Below the pieces are notes generated by a model. That model was given only the letters and a program-made list of their open reading frames with translations. It had not been told where the DNA came from and ran no database searches. The position numbers were made by a program, and so were the translations under genes. Shown here one piece after another: positions 24,490-38,647 of a DNA stretch of 64,000 nt. The first letter of the stretch is position 1. Each line of letters starts with the position of its first letter. The DNA comes from Monocercomonoides exilis PA203 (lineage: Eukaryota; Protista; Preaxostyla): assembly GCA_001643675.2 (NCBI GenBank), contig LSRY02000031.1, positions 992,001-1,056,000 on the forward strand, read 5' to 3'.

Positions 24490-27400
24490 GGTTTATAAAT
24501 CACCCTCAAAACTTTTTTCGGATGAATCAACATCTCGCAAAAGTGAAAAGAACGCCGACATCTGGAATTTCGTTGATGAAAAATCCATGGATCAAGTTAT
24601 CAAAACGCTCAAGTTCATGTTCCTTAACACAAAGAAAAATTTCTTTTCACAAAGATTCAGAAAATATATGATGGTTCATAATTGTTTTTTCATTTATTCA
24701 AATAATAACTCCTTTTCCTATTTATGGGAACTTCAGAAAAATGCAATGCATTTTGTCAAGAATGAGAAGCATTAACAATTTGGAAGACAATAAACAGCTC
24801 AAAGTTTGTCTATTGAAAACAATTTGTCACAAATTCAGCATCAATCTGTTGCAGAATCTTTATTTTTTCACACTTATTAGGCAATACAAAGAATGCCAAA
24901 CAGTGCTCTTCTAATTAAATAAATGATGTTTCTGAATGGAAAAAACTATCCTCAAGTTATTCAAAGCCAACTTTTTCAGAATTTGATGCAATTCATTTTA
25001 TTATTTCAATCATTAACTTATTCAAATGTGTTGTTTAAAATTTCATCACAAAAATGAACTCTTGTAAAAAAAAAAATTCATCATAAAATACTCCTCAAAA
25101 TCCTCTGTATGTTCGAGATTCGCAAGTGATTTTCCATCGAAAGTGTGTATTTAGAAGAATAGAAAAAATACACTTTCAGTCTTTAATATATTTATTGAAT
25201 AAATCAGAGGAAAAATTGATTGAAACCTATGATGTTGATCTCGAAATCTTTAATTGAAATGAATTGTCTGAACAAGATAATGATCCGTGATGAGAATATT
25301 TTTGTTCATATCGAATAGAATCGCAAAGAGTTTCAAATTCATCTTTGGAGAAAAACATTTATATGCAAATAGAAGATAAATACGACAACGATCTGTTTTT
25401 GGAGATGGATCCAATAAATGAAATAAATACATTGAATTGCTCGTCACATCGCATTAGCAAAGTATGAATTCAGGAATCTCATGGAATAGATTAGTCAGAT
25501 TATTTTTGCTAATGTCAGATATCGGAATTGAAATAGAACTACCATCAAAAGTGTTTGACAAGACAGAAAGCGAACTATCACTCAATAGTGAAGTGATAAC
25601 AGTATCAACAGAGAATGAAAACGTTGTTGATATTGTTGAAACCTAATCATCTCTTCATTTTTGTCTATTATCGCTTTTGAAAGAACTTTGAAAAAATTAC
25701 TGTTTTGTGTTTTTGGTTCGACTTTTTCGAACAACTCATTATCGATTATGTGAACTGAAAATGAAAGTTGTAAATATCACCCAAAGGTTAATAAATCTTC
25801 TTTCTTTCTTTTTATAAATGAACATTGAATTGGTATTGACCAGAACATTCCTGATCAACATAAGCAAACGAAACAAATCTTGAGTTTTTGGTTCAAAAAA
25901 CACCACACATTAATTGTGTTATTCTTTCAATAAAGTCGCAAATGTTTGATTTCATTATCATTGAAATGATTTATTTTTCCAAGAATTCTTGTAACCGATT
26001 TGTTTGATTTGACGAGAAAGAAAATTTTTTATTTTTGAAATAATTCGCAGTTTTTATTTGTTTGAGTGTGATATTTTACAGTTTACGAACAAGAATTATC
26101 ATTAAACATTAAATTTTAATTAACCAAAAAAAAGACATGAGCAACGATTCAAAAAGAATTACATTATTTGTTATCAGCAAGAACTGTACTGAGCATTTAA
26201 AAATTTGGTTCAAGATTTATTGACTCACACCAGAACATAAAAATCTTGTGAAATCAATAATAAACTTTTCAAGAAAATCTATTGTTTGAGAAAATATATT
26301 CACCGATGCATGCAAGACAACTCCAATAATCAGAATGCAAGGCTCAAATGTTTATGATTCGTTAAGCAAATCTTTTGAATTTCACAATGACAATTCAAAT
26401 AATCGAATAGTCATTTGCCCCAAGTGAAATGTTGACACGAATCAAATAGCGAAATTTAACATTTCGCGTTTTCCACGCTTTTTGACTTTTTCGCTCGAAC
26501 AGATCACAAATAAACAGCTTTCCAAATTTCAAGTCAGTTTATCATTGTCATTTGCTTCAGCAAATGGAGTTTTGAAAGTTTCTGAAAAAAAAGTGCATCA
26601 TGGGCAGAATTATTCTTTAATTGCACAGCTTTTTCACAAAGGTGACGAAATTAATGGACATTTTTATTGTTTTTGCAAAAGTATTAACAGCAATCCTCCT
26701 GCGACTTCTTTTTCAAATGAAATATAGTATATGGATGAAAATGGAATAGTGACTCAAATATTTGATAACATATCTGCTGAGTTTTCTCATCATATAGATG
26801 AATGTGCAACGTCATTTCTGTCACGATATGAAAAAATGGAAAACAATTATGATTATTTCGTAAGTTACACTTTATCACCTAATTTGTTGTCGATATATGA
26901 AAATCACAATAACTATTCTATCAACTACAGTGACATTCATATTTCGAATCAAAACATGATTGAAAGCACACAACAGAATTCATTTTTTCAATTGACAAAC
27001 GATTTTTCTTTGTCAAACATTGTTAATGGCTCACCTCGACTGCCATTCAATTCAACGTTTCTAACACCTCAACAAAGCACTTCAATGTTTCAGGATCACA
27101 ATTCTTCTAATTCTGCAACAATTCAAACAATTAAGTCGACAAACTCAACTTCAGCCGAATCCAAAAACAAAAAAGCTTCATCATCTCCATCAAATCTATT
27201 ATCTTCAACTGTAACTTCTCATCCACCTTTTCAAAGAACGAAAGCAAAAGTGCAATCAAGAATTATCAATTCAATAAAAGTTAAGTTGTGTTATAAGTTT
27301 ATGAATGAGCTTGATATAAAGATGTAGTTGAGCTTATTTTATGAGAAAACTTGCATCTGATAATGGTTAAAAGAAAAGCGATCTTTGTGATTTGTGCATT

Positions 27401-28100
27401 TTATTTGACAATTATTTGAAAAAGATGAATTTCCTGAAAGTGCAGAAAGAAACTTTATGTGAAAATGATCTGTTGACATTAAAACCGATCGAAGATCACA
27501 GGAAATTAGCAAAGCATCAACAGCTTTATTTCCATCAATTAAAAAATAATTAGGACTTAGATGAAGCTTTGCTATTATTTGATTTTTAAGTGAATTGGGC
27601 ACTGTCAATTCGTTAAAATCAAATAAGAAAAGATTTTTATAAAAAAGTTGAAGTCTCTTAATTGTGTGTTATTATACACATCAAAGATGAAAAAGACAAT
27701 TGTGTCAAACACGTATTCAACTTTTTTTCAAACACTCTATCGCACGATTATCGCTTTGTCATAGGATGCCTTCAGGAAGTGAAAAATCATCAGAGATTTA
27801 GTCAGAAATATACTTTTCATTTCACTTGTGATGCAGGACCCCACTTTGGGAATTTCCATCTTCTTCACCATTTACTGAAGGACAATTCCACTTTTGCGAA
27901 AGAGAAAAGCACAACTCTTTCATTTTTCTGCGAGAAGCATGGAAAAAGCATTTGAAATAATGAGTTTTGCTATTTATCAAAATGAATTAATAATGAGCTT
28001 GGTGATGAAACTGTCATCAACAACGTTGATAATTACGTAAAATTGTTTCAAAAAAAACGCACATTATACAATTTCTTCACAACAATATTCAGTTGATGGA
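24490..28100 (+). mobile_element. Decayed Sola-type DDD transposon ORF with an embedded USP (peptidase C19) domain
   Basis: In order: N-terminal LKVCLLKTICHKFSINLL (~24800); Cys-box relic FNKVANV*F (~25926); QQ(D)CTE (~26175); CPK*; His box YSLIAQLFHKGDEINGHFYCF (~26620); S/T linker; KKSDLCDLC (~27372); DF(K)xNW (~27580); CDAGPHFGN; FFCEKHGKS. Confidence 0.7.
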
Positions 28101-28574
28101 AGTTTAAATGTTGTTTCGTCATTTTTTGATGTGCGATTAAAGTTGTTTCATTAATAATTTCTTTTTAATTCATTTATCTTTTTCTGTTTTGAAAATCTTT
28201 TTAAATGGATAATCAACATGTTCGATTCATTAATAAAATTTCAATGGGACAAATATGGAAATGAACATGAAAACATTTCTGTTTTATTAAAAACGAAAAA
28301 GCGACCTGAACAGATTTGTTTCATTTTAATAAAAAATTAAGGGGGAGAAAAATAGCAGTTTTCGGAAGAAAAAGTCAGAGATAAAAGACAATTGGAATTA
28401 TTTATCAGTCGGAAAACCTCTTGTCGATCATTCAATATTGTTCACAATTCCTTGAGATTGTGAAAGAAAATGAAAAAACTGGACAAAAAAATCTTTCTTT
28501 ATGCATTATTTATTTATTTTTTTTTTATTACAATGATAAATGTAATTATTATTCTGCGTTTAATACAATTTATT

Positions 28575-29006
28575 TCTGTCCAAATCGGATATAATCACAT
28601 TGAATATTGTCATCATCAGTTATCGTCACATTTTCCCATGTGTCGACATTTTTGGCACATTTTTCATTCATTTTCCATCGCAGATAATCACAAGGAAAAA
28701 AATGAATAATCACATTTTGTTTTTCAATTGGTTTATTTTTTCTTGAAAAATCAACTTTTTGATAATTCAAAATTATGTTTAAATAAGTCCAAATAATGTT
28801 CATTAATGACATAAATTATTGTTTCAATTGAAATAAGAGTACTTGTGAAGAATTTCCTAAAATAAAAAAAAATAGACACCATATAAATTATTACGAAAAT
28901 TAATTTTTATTTTTTTCTGTGTTAAGTGGCATCGAATATAATCACAATCGGATTCAGTCACAAAAATTCGTGCAAAACCCGATGTGATTATATCCGGTTT
29001 TAACTA
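28575..29006. mobile_element. pogo/Tigger-like MITE
   Basis: Inverted ends AAATCGGATATAATCACATTG (28582) and CGATGTGATTATATCCGGTTTTAACTATA (28980-29008), plus a subterminal repeat ATCGAATATAATCACAATCGG at 28930. Confidence 0.7.
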
Positions 29007-29399
29007 TATTTATTAATTCTTATTTTTTTTTTTTTTCTTTTTTTGTCTCTTCTTTTATTTGTTTTTAATCAAATATTGTTTCTTGAGATGTCTTTTCATC
29101 AAGTTTTGAATTTTCCAACAAAACAAATAATTCAAACTTACGTTTGCGGAAAATGTGGTAGTTGGAGGATAATCTGGAAGTTCGAAATTTGTTATTGTTA
29201 ACTTTTTTCAACTGTTTTCCACACACAAATATCTTTGTATGGTTTTGCGAATATTTCTAATGCTATTGGGAAAGTTTCATAAATAAATGAAACATAACAT
29301 TAACGCAATATAATAAACAACTGCATTTTTTTTTTTTTTTTGAGAAAAAAATGAAAAATGGGGAATAAATCTCTTAATAAAAATTAACTCACCAATAAG

Positions 29400-31400
29400 G
29401 TTAAAAACAATTGCAACGTTTTCATCATTTATTTATTTCGTTAATGATCTCAGTTCTTTTATCACCATTAACTTTTTTTCGTTTGGAGGATGTTTTTGAC
29501 GAATTGTGGCTATTGGCTTCAATATCTTTTTCCTCTTTAATAATACAACTCATTTCGTTCCCATACATAAAATTATCATCTTTTCTTTTTCTTCAAAGTC
29601 TAACTTTCCTTTTCTCCACATTTAGCAACTTTTCGATTTCATTTTGTTTTTCTTCATTTCTTTCCTTTGAAATAACTTGTTTCCCATCCATTTCTTCTGA
29701 ATGCTCCTTTTCTGTCGATGTATTTTCTTTTTCTTTCTCTTTCAAATGGAGTTTTTCCTTTGGAGAAAAATCTCTAAATAAACTTCAATTTTGATTATTT
29801 AAAGATTGATTATCAGAAGACAACTCTTTGTGAAAAACCGAAAAACCACTCACTCAAGAAAACACATGATCAGCTGCCACTGGATTAACTCCTGTGTTCA
29901 GAAATGCTGTTTTTCTCTCTGAACAAAAACTTGTTGCAAATTAAGATTATGGAAAAACATCAGCCAAAGCTTTACGATACGATGAAGTTGAAAAATGAGT
30001 GGGCGTGACAAAAGAGTTTTGAAAAACTTGTTTTAATCTGGAGAACACGCAATTATCGAAAGGTTGGAGAATGTGTGTCATATTTGGGTGTAAAAACTCG
30101 ATGATAATATAGTTTTTCTGCAAAAGCAATTACTTCAGGATCGTGGTCAGAACTGTGATTGTCTAATAAAAGAATAGCCTTTTTTGATTGGAGCACTTTC
30201 AGAATATCGGAAATTTAAGGTAACCATTTCTGAATCATTATAAATCTTAACAAATCCGAAGTGATCGAACCAGATGATGAACAAATAAAAAAAATCTAAA
30301 ACAAAGACAAAAAAGAAAATTCATCTGGAATGTTTTTGTGTGATTGAATCGAAGCGAGAGGTAGATGTGATTCGTCAGCACATACGTATTCGCAAATTGT
30401 TGCGTTTTCTGTTTTTGGCAACGAAGAAGGAGAAGGTTGAATATGATTTTTAAAAGAAGACTTCTTATTTCTCTGTTCTATTTCCTATTTGTTGTGAAGA
30501 TTCATCAAAATGAGTAATTCTTTTTGAAAAGTGGTAAATGTTCAATTTTCAAAAAAATCAAAAATTTCATATTTTGCTCAATTTTTTGTTTGCATTCTCC
30601 AAACTTCACATAAATAGAATCTATTTCTGGATAATGCTATTTCATTCCTTCTGAAGAAAATTCGTGAGTGGAAACAGAAATTTGAGCAAAATATGAAATT
30701 TTTGATTTATTGTAAAATTAAATATTTGCGACTTTTAAAAAAAAATTACCCAAATTGTAGATGTTGGAGGAACTAATATTGTGAGATGAGAAGAAAGTAG
30801 TCAACTTTTCGAACTGCGCACGTATTGTCTCGGGAGATTGTGTGGAATTATTTCTATTTCCATAAATCTTGATTGATTTGCTTTCAGAACTTCACTCCTT
30901 TTAATCAAATCATTCGCATATTTCGAATTCACTTTTTTTTCTTTTTTCTCTCCTTTCGCGAACTGAATTCAAAACCTCCTGAATCTTTAAAAGTCAAAAT
31001 TGAAAAATAACAAAAAAACAAGTTTCAAAACCATTGCATGCATGTCATTAAGTCAGACTTCTTTTTGTACTTAAAAAAGATAAATAGCTTGATTTTCCCC
31101 AGTTTCATGTTGTTTTCTCTATTCTTTCGAAGACCAACCCGATTCACCAATATGGCGCTTTGCCTTCAACGAAGTTATTCCTCTTTCCCAAGCTCCATTG
31201 GAGATTGCATGCGATTCCACTGCAGTCCTCCACAAAACTGTATATTTCTTTTTTATTTCAAATATTTTTTTCGAAGGCGATGAAAGCAAGCGGTAATCAG
31301 AGGATACAATTAATCGGTGGATGAGGTTAGAAGAAATGCTTTCAGAAGTTTCCATTATAATACATCTAATCAAAAAGAAAAAAATACAAATAATTGAAAA
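29400..31400 (-). mobile_element. Decayed pogo/DDE_1 transposase
   Basis: N-terminal HTH-like ORF 31119-31373 ending ..KRHIGESG; then CADESHLP, ILLLDNHSSD and IEFLHPNMTHILQPFDNCVFSRLK; K/E-rich tail. Confidence 0.8.
30512..30751. mobile_element. MITE family C (240 bp, ~75-bp TIR) inserted in the pogo relic
   Basis: GAGTAATTC...ATCAAAAATTTCATATTTTGCTCAA / TTGAGCAAAATATGAAATTTTTGAT...AATTACCC, with TSD AAAT (30508-11, 30752-55). Confidence 0.85.
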
Positions 31401-32080
31401 ATCAGAATGAAAATATTAATCAGCAGTTGTCACTGTTATTAACAGTTAAGTTTTTGATAATTGTTCTTTCAAATTCATAATCAAAGCATTTGTTTTTTTG
31501 CATTCAACATGATATTCCAGTTTGAAAAAATGATAATTGTCATTGATTCTTTAAATAACATCAGTTCTAAAACAACAAACTCTACATGTTTTGCGATTTA
31601 ATCGACGAAAATAATCTGTAACGATTAAATAAATGTAACAATATCTTATGCTTTCCAATTTTGTTCCATTCAGAGTTTTCGTTCAATTTTCTCATTTTTT
31701 TTTATTTTTCTAAACATTTTTGAATGGAAATGTTTCACTTGTTGCGATATAAAAGCAGAAATAGTTTGGAACAAATCGTCATTTTTTTCATAAAAGCAAG
31801 AATTTCATTCCATATTGAATTTTCCTCGAAATTCCAACTTTTAAACAAAAATTGAACTGTCAGATAACCCACCACTGTTTGAATAATCCACGAACAGTGC
31901 ATCCTTTTGAATTTGCACAAAAACATGGGGATTGGGCTAATTCTGTCCTGGGATTGTGTTGAGACAGGTCGAGTTCAGTCCAATTAAGGGTATGTTTCCA
32001 GAATCAGTTTTCCGACAGACTCAATGGAAACAACTCTTGAATGAAAAAACATCAAATGAATTGTATAAATTTTTTCATTT

Positions 32081-32347
32081 GGGGAAGAACATTACACTTC
32101 AGGTATTTTCATTGAAAAATTATGCGTCTTTGATGAATTTTTTGTGATCATAAAATTTTAAAAAAAATCGGTTTTTTAATCGAAAAACGTTTGAAGTCGC
32201 TAAGCATTGTGAAATTATATCATGATGTTTGAATACAGAATGTAAATCAAATTTATTTTAAAATCTGGTTGAGTTTAAAAATGTAATGAGTGAAACAATT
32301 TTTCCATGCTTTGTGCAAAAAAAGCTTGAAAGTCAATATTTTTCTCC
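32081..32347 (-). mobile_element. MITE family B, followed by (probably nested in) a family A copy ending ~32586
   Basis: Family B sequence with flanks ATTT/ATTC. The family A right TIR TATGATTTCGATAATAATCAC is at 32564-32584. Confidence 0.75.
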
Positions 32348-33099
32348 ATTCAATCTTTTTCTTTCAGATATTTCTGTTTGAAAAATCCCTTGAATATCTT
32401 CAAAAAAACATTGAATAGAAAAAAGGCTAGGGAAAAAATTTTTTATCTATATTTTTGCGAAAGCATTTGCTTTTTTAAATAGTTGCGCTGAATTTTCATA
32501 TTGAAAACATAATAACTTTACAAAGTCCAACAACGTTTGAAAAATAATCAACCACAAAAAAATTATGATTTCGATAATAATCACTTATGTAATCAAAAAA
32601 ATGTTGAAAAAAATATTAGTTTTTCCATCAAAAATGAATTTGAGTTTTTTTTTTTAATGTCATGTCACTTATTGACTACAAAAAAAATTCAACAATGAAT
32701 TATTCAAAGGATATTAAAATTAAGTAAGATGATACAGTTCAAAATTTTTTTTAAAAATGTCCATGTTAATTATTTTCTGGTGAAAATGAGAATTGATTAT
32801 TTAAATCAAGATTTCATTTGATCAAACCAAAATTCACCATCACGAGAACAAACAATTGACAACGTTATCATTTCTACACAGATGAAATTTTGTGAGTTGG
32901 AATGATAATATGATTTAAATAATCAATTTTCATTTGTTCCTGAAAATTAAACGCTGGGAACTTTTCAGAAAAATTTTTACACATCATAAAAAACAGAATA
33001 TATATTTTGAAATTGTGTTTTAATCGAAAACATTATTTTGCAGCTCAAAACAAAAACGCATTTATTGAAAACAGTAAAGTGTTTTTTAAGTTTTTGTGA

Positions 33100-35280
33100 T
33101 TTGAGTTACTCAAAATTTTGTACAGAAAAAATAAAGATTTTTTCAAAAAAGCGCCATTTGATCAATTTTTATTTCACATTCAGTGGAACAAAACCTTCTG
33201 TCAAAGAAGGAACAAAGTTCATCGAATGATGAAATGTCTTCACAAGAGTTTTGAAAAACTTTTGTAAGAAATCCAAATTCGGAATCCACCTCGCTTTTTT
33301 TATGCCCTTCAGCAAAAAAGGAAAGCGAGGTGGATTCAAAGAGAAGATGAAGGGAGGATGATGAATGAAGAATGAAATGGAGAAATGTTCCATTTCTAAA
33401 GTGTGGCTCACAGTCGGACCAAACTTTTACAGATGTGAAATGCTTGGATTTTTTTTTTGAAATGATTGATACGGCTGTTTGAAGGTAGTCAATTGAATAT
33501 CTGCTATCTTTCGATAGCACTTCAAAAAAGAAATGAAAACAATGTTTTTCCATTATTTTGTTTTTGATGAAATGTGCAATTATTCCGATGTGAGAAATTT
33601 CTTTTTTCATAATAATATCGAGAAATCTTGGAATAATAATTCGGAAGTGTTCAATTATGTTTGAAATCCATTATTAGAAGAATCTTATGATGTTTCAATT
33701 CATCAAGATCTTTGAAAAATGATGCTCTTTGTATTTTTTGAATAATGAAGTGCTTGTTAAGAGTGTGCATTACTTGAATTTCTTTTGCTTCCAGATTTTT
33801 CACATTCTTATTGTTTATTAATTGTTTTCTTCTTTCACAAAAATTGCACACATCAGTTCTGCTTTCTACCTTTTCTATATTTTGTGAAAGTTAAAAAAAG
33901 TTGACAAACACATTCTTTTGTTTGTTTCTTTATCATTTTTTTTCCAAACGCACTTTTTCGTATCAAATATTATTTTTCTTTCATTCTCAAACTAGATTTT
34001 ATTATCTTTCAGTTCAGTTTTTGTTTCTAAATCATTCCACACTTCTTTTTCAAACAGATTTTTGTTGTATTTCACGATGTTTAAAGAATTCGAATTGTTT
34101 CTATATTCATCTTTTTTACTAGATTTCAATAAATTTATTCGAAAATAATCTTCGATTTTTTTTTCTATTATTGCAGATGTTGTGGATTGAATGAATTGAT
34201 AAAAATTTATTTGTTGTATTTCACAATCATCTGAAGTGATTGTGATTTTTTCTTTCTTTTCATCAGATGAAATGTGTTGATCAGTTTGCGAATGATGGCG
34301 GAGAGTTAAAGAATTTCTATGAGATAATGGATGAGAAGAAATAGGAGGTGTTTGAAAAGAATTTTCTTTTTGAGATAAAATGAAATATGGTGTTGTCAGT
34401 GGATTGAATGTTGTTTGAGAAGAAATATGAGGTGTTTGAAATGAATTTGTAAATTACGGAACAAATAAAGGAGATGTTATATTTCTTGAAATTTATAAAA
34501 ATGATTCGTCAGTTTGTAGATTTTTATTTGTTCCAAATAATTTTTGACTGTTGGTTTTATAGATGTGTGGTGAACATTTGTTTAACTTTGTGACTGATTT
34601 GGACAGAAATACAATATCATCTTTACTCAAATCAAAAGTTTTGGATTTTTAACGGATGGTTTGGCACTTGCTGCTGTTATCAGAATTTCTTTCCAACCAC
34701 CATAGGCAAAATAAAAAATTGCATGTGTTAAAAGCTTTTCTAATTGTTGTTGAATGATGAAGAATTAATAAAACAGACATTGCTTGCACGTTGGAATAGA
34801 ATGTTTATCCGGCTTTTAAATTAGAAATTGTGTTTTTTCAAATGCTATTTGCTTGTCCCAAATTGTTTTTGGAACTATTCCAACAAACTTTGCACATATT
34901 GCGAGATTCAAATACTTTGAAAAATATTTGTAATACAAGATTTCGATTATTTTTATCTAATAAATCATATTGAAATCCAGTATACAAAAGAAATTTATAA
35001 ACTTTATCTTATCATTAATGGAAAATATAAACGAAAATTTATTTTACCAAATATTATTCCATGCGAACCTCTTAAGTCTTTTACCAAATAACTGAAAACC
35101 TCTTTTCCATTTTTCTGCTTGCATGAAATAATATTTAAGCAACTGTTCATCTTCATTTTCAACGTAATATTTAAAAAAATATGATAGATTGTGGCACATC
35201 TGAGACGGTCTTCCAACGGAATGATCTTTAATTGTCATTTCAAAACTTAAAAAAATTTTATTCTGGTTATTCAAAAAACC
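33100..35280 (-). mobile_element. Decayed Sola-type DDD transposon ORF with a USP Cys-box remnant
   Basis: N-terminal RNLVLQIFFKVF..CW; FQRASNVCFINS(II)Q (~34750-34796); S/T/P linker; RTDVCNFCE; ILLIMDFKHN; WSDCEPHFRN; FFAEGHKKSEVDSEFG. Confidence 0.75.
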
Positions 35281-36185
35281 ATGTTGATTTTTTAATGGGA
35301 CAGATCAGGCTAAAAAAAAGTGATTTTTCAAAAATTTTCATTTAATAATAAAGCAACTTGATTGAATCAGTCTATTACTCATCCGAATATTATTCGGTTT
35401 CATTGGATAAGCACAACAAATATTTATTATTTCTTCATTCATTATTCTTTTGCTTTTTATTTATTTATTAATAAAATAAAAAAAAAAGATAATTAAAATT
35501 TAATAGCAAAAAAATAATTAATTAAATTGAAATGAAATTCAAAATTATTTCATTGTTTGTTTTTCACAAAAATTATTATTAATCACTTTCAATAGTCAAA
35601 AAAATAAAAAAATCATTTAAAACACAGACACTTTACCTGTTAATCTCATTTGAATTATGAAATCCTCTAATGTTTGTTTTCTATTGAAAGAAAATATTCG
35701 AAATAATATTCAAAAGAATTATTTTTTGAATTTAAATCAAAAATTGAATTTTCGAAATTTTGATATCACAACTGTGACATCCCTGTTTCACTTGTCAAGC
35801 TATTTGAGTCCAAAGAATAATTTGAGTTGTCAAAAAATAATTATAAAAATTCAAAACAATTTTTCATTAAGAAAATTTTAAAATATCATTCAATTTTCAA
35901 TAACTTTCTTCACGTCTTTTCCGAATATGCTTTTTTCTAAAATTAAAACATCATTTTTTTTTATTATCGTTTTTTTCAAAAACTTTTCTTTTTTTTTTTG
36001 TTTCTTATTTTTTCTTAATTTTTTATTCAATTTCAAACATACCTGAGCTATTTTCGCAGCTGAGCGGCGAAACGAGAAGTTTCCCTGAATCTATTTTAAA
36101 AAACAAATAATTTTTCAAACCTTTAATTCTCAGTTCATGAAAGTTTATTTCTTTTAATTCTATGTAACTTAATAAATAATCATAT

Positions 36186-36439
36186 TGGTAATTTTTTGTG
36201 AATTCGTGTTATTGCAAACAAAATTTTCGGTTCGAAAATTTCTCTTGAATATTAACAAACGTACAGTGAAATATGATAAGGATTATTACAAACATCTTCA
36301 AGTTTTTTTCAGGTGAAGCATTTGTTTTTGAAACAGTTGTGATAGTTTTTAAATTTGAATTAAAAATCTCTATCCAATGACAAACAACTTTTGAAAAATC
36401 AATATCCCGAAAAAAGTTTTGATTTCAAAATAATCACCC
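36186..36439. mobile_element. MITE family A
   Basis: Family interior and right TIR GATTTCAAAATAATCACCC, with ATAT on both sides. Confidence 0.8.
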
Positions 36440-36503
36440 ATATTTTTACCTTTAATCAAAAGATAATTCGACTTATTAAATATAGAAACCTGTTTTCGAG
36501 AAG

Positions 36504-36505
<2 letters not shown>

Positions 36506-36563
<58 letters not shown>
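36506..36563. repeat. poly(A) of ~40 nt plus (TA)n
   Basis: Seen directly. Confidence 0.95.
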
Positions 36564-36599
36564 TTAAACGAATTATTAAAGCTTCTATTTAAAGTATCA

Positions 36600-38593
36600 G
36601 AAATGAAAAAAAAGATGAATTATCAGAATTTGTGTTAAATAAATATGAATCACAATTATTACAAAAAAAATCCAATTAAATCAAAAATATTATTCAAAAC
36701 TCTATTGCCAAGTTTATTATTAGTTAAATTTGTTAAAAAACCAAACTCACTATCACATTTATTTTTTCCGTGATGTTCAGCAAAAAATGAAATTAAACAA
36801 TGTTTATTTTTTAATAAAAAAGAATTATCAGAAAATATTAAATTTTAAACATGAGAATTACGAAAATGCGGCCCATTGTCGCAAAAAAAGTTAAAAGAAT
36901 TTCCATTAAAAAAATATCAAATTGCAAAAGTTGTTTCTAACATTCACATACAAAACGATAATCATGTGATAAAATTTCAGAAAAATAATTTAAACAACAC
37001 TTTTTTTAAATATTAAAATTATCAACGTAAAAAACCACAAAACACAAATGAGAAATTTGTTTCTTATTAAAAAATGATTTTACAGTCTCATTATTATTAG
37101 AAATTGGTTAACACCAGTTTTCTTTAAAATCCATTAAAATAATAACTTCAATTTTTTTAATTTTCTTTCTTCTCATAAAAGAAGTTTCTTTGATGTAAAG
37201 CCATTTTTCGATGATGAATTATTGAATTCAATTCATCATCTTCTGTTTGGCCCAATTTAAATCCTTTTCTTTCGATTTCTTTCTTTTCTTTTCCAAAAAA
37301 TTCCCTCTCTCACAAATCTCACACAAATCTGTCTTTTTCTTTTATTTCAAAAAATTTCTTGTTTTTTTGCAGAATGTTGAATAAGACATTTTAAAATTAA
37401 TTTCTTTTTTCATTTCAAAAAATAAGTCTTTTTTTGTTTTTTCAATTAATCTTTTTTCATTTGGAGAAAATACTCCAAAGCCTTTTCTTTTTCTTTTCAT
37501 ATTTTTCAACAAACAAATACCATTTTCTAAATTTTCATCAACATGTCCACCATCACTCCCTCTATCCAACACTCCCTCCACAACTGCTCTTCCTCCATCC
37601 AACTCTTCCTCCATTCAAATTTCCCCAGCATCCAACCCTCCTTTCATTCCAACTTCTCCACCACCCAACTCTTTTTCAATTGCAACTCCACCTTCATCAG
37701 CGCCAGCCCCGCATGTTGCCCGAAATCCATCAATCCCACATATCCTTCTATCTTCTGATTCATCAGCCCCACATTCACTTCCAGCTCCAAACACTTCAGC
37801 ATCCCTTGCACTTCCTACTTCAAACACGTCAGCTTCACATGTCTTTCCATCCTCTAACACACCAGCATCCGCACAGCTCGCAGCTCCACAGTCTTCAGCA
37901 TCAATCCCGTTAAAAGAAAAATTGGGAATATTGATTTTAAAAAAGGTTATGTTTGAATAAAAATTTTGTAAAGAAAATGTATAACTCAAAAGATAATTCT
38001 TCAACAAATCTGAATTATTGTTATTATCTTCAAAATGGGAATATTTTTTATAATCATTTGTTTCTTTAAGACTGCATTTATTTCTTTTTTTATTTTCATA
38101 TTCATTATTTTTTTCATATTCTTCATAATTTTCATTTTTTGTATATTATTCAACCTTTTCTTTTCTATTTTTTCTTTTATTCTTTTCTTTTTTATTGTAA
38201 AAATCATTTATGAATATGTTTGTTTTTGATTTTGTCAATGTTCCAATATTCCCTTCAGCACACAACGATGCAGTCCCAACGCTCCTCCCAGCACTCAATG
38301 TTGCAGCATTGGAGCTCTCATTGATAAAATTTGATGGTGTTGTGTTATGTTTTGATTTGAATGAATTGGAAATTTCATATTTGATTTTTTGGATTTAATG
38401 TCTCAAAAAAATATTTGTTACGCTTTTTTTGTGTTTATATTTTTATTTATAAATTTTTCTTTTTATTGTTTATTTTCTTTTTTATTTTTATCATTATTTT
38501 CTTTTATTATCTTTTCATCTTTCATATTAAATCCTTCTTTCTTTTTTTTTTTTTGTTTCTATTTTTTCATTGTTTGTGTTTTCTTTAATAATT

Positions 38594-38647
<54 letters not shown>

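Noticed and set aside
36506-36563. poly(A) tract as a retroposon tail
   Set aside because: There is no recognisable upstream element or TSD, and homopolymers are common in this window.
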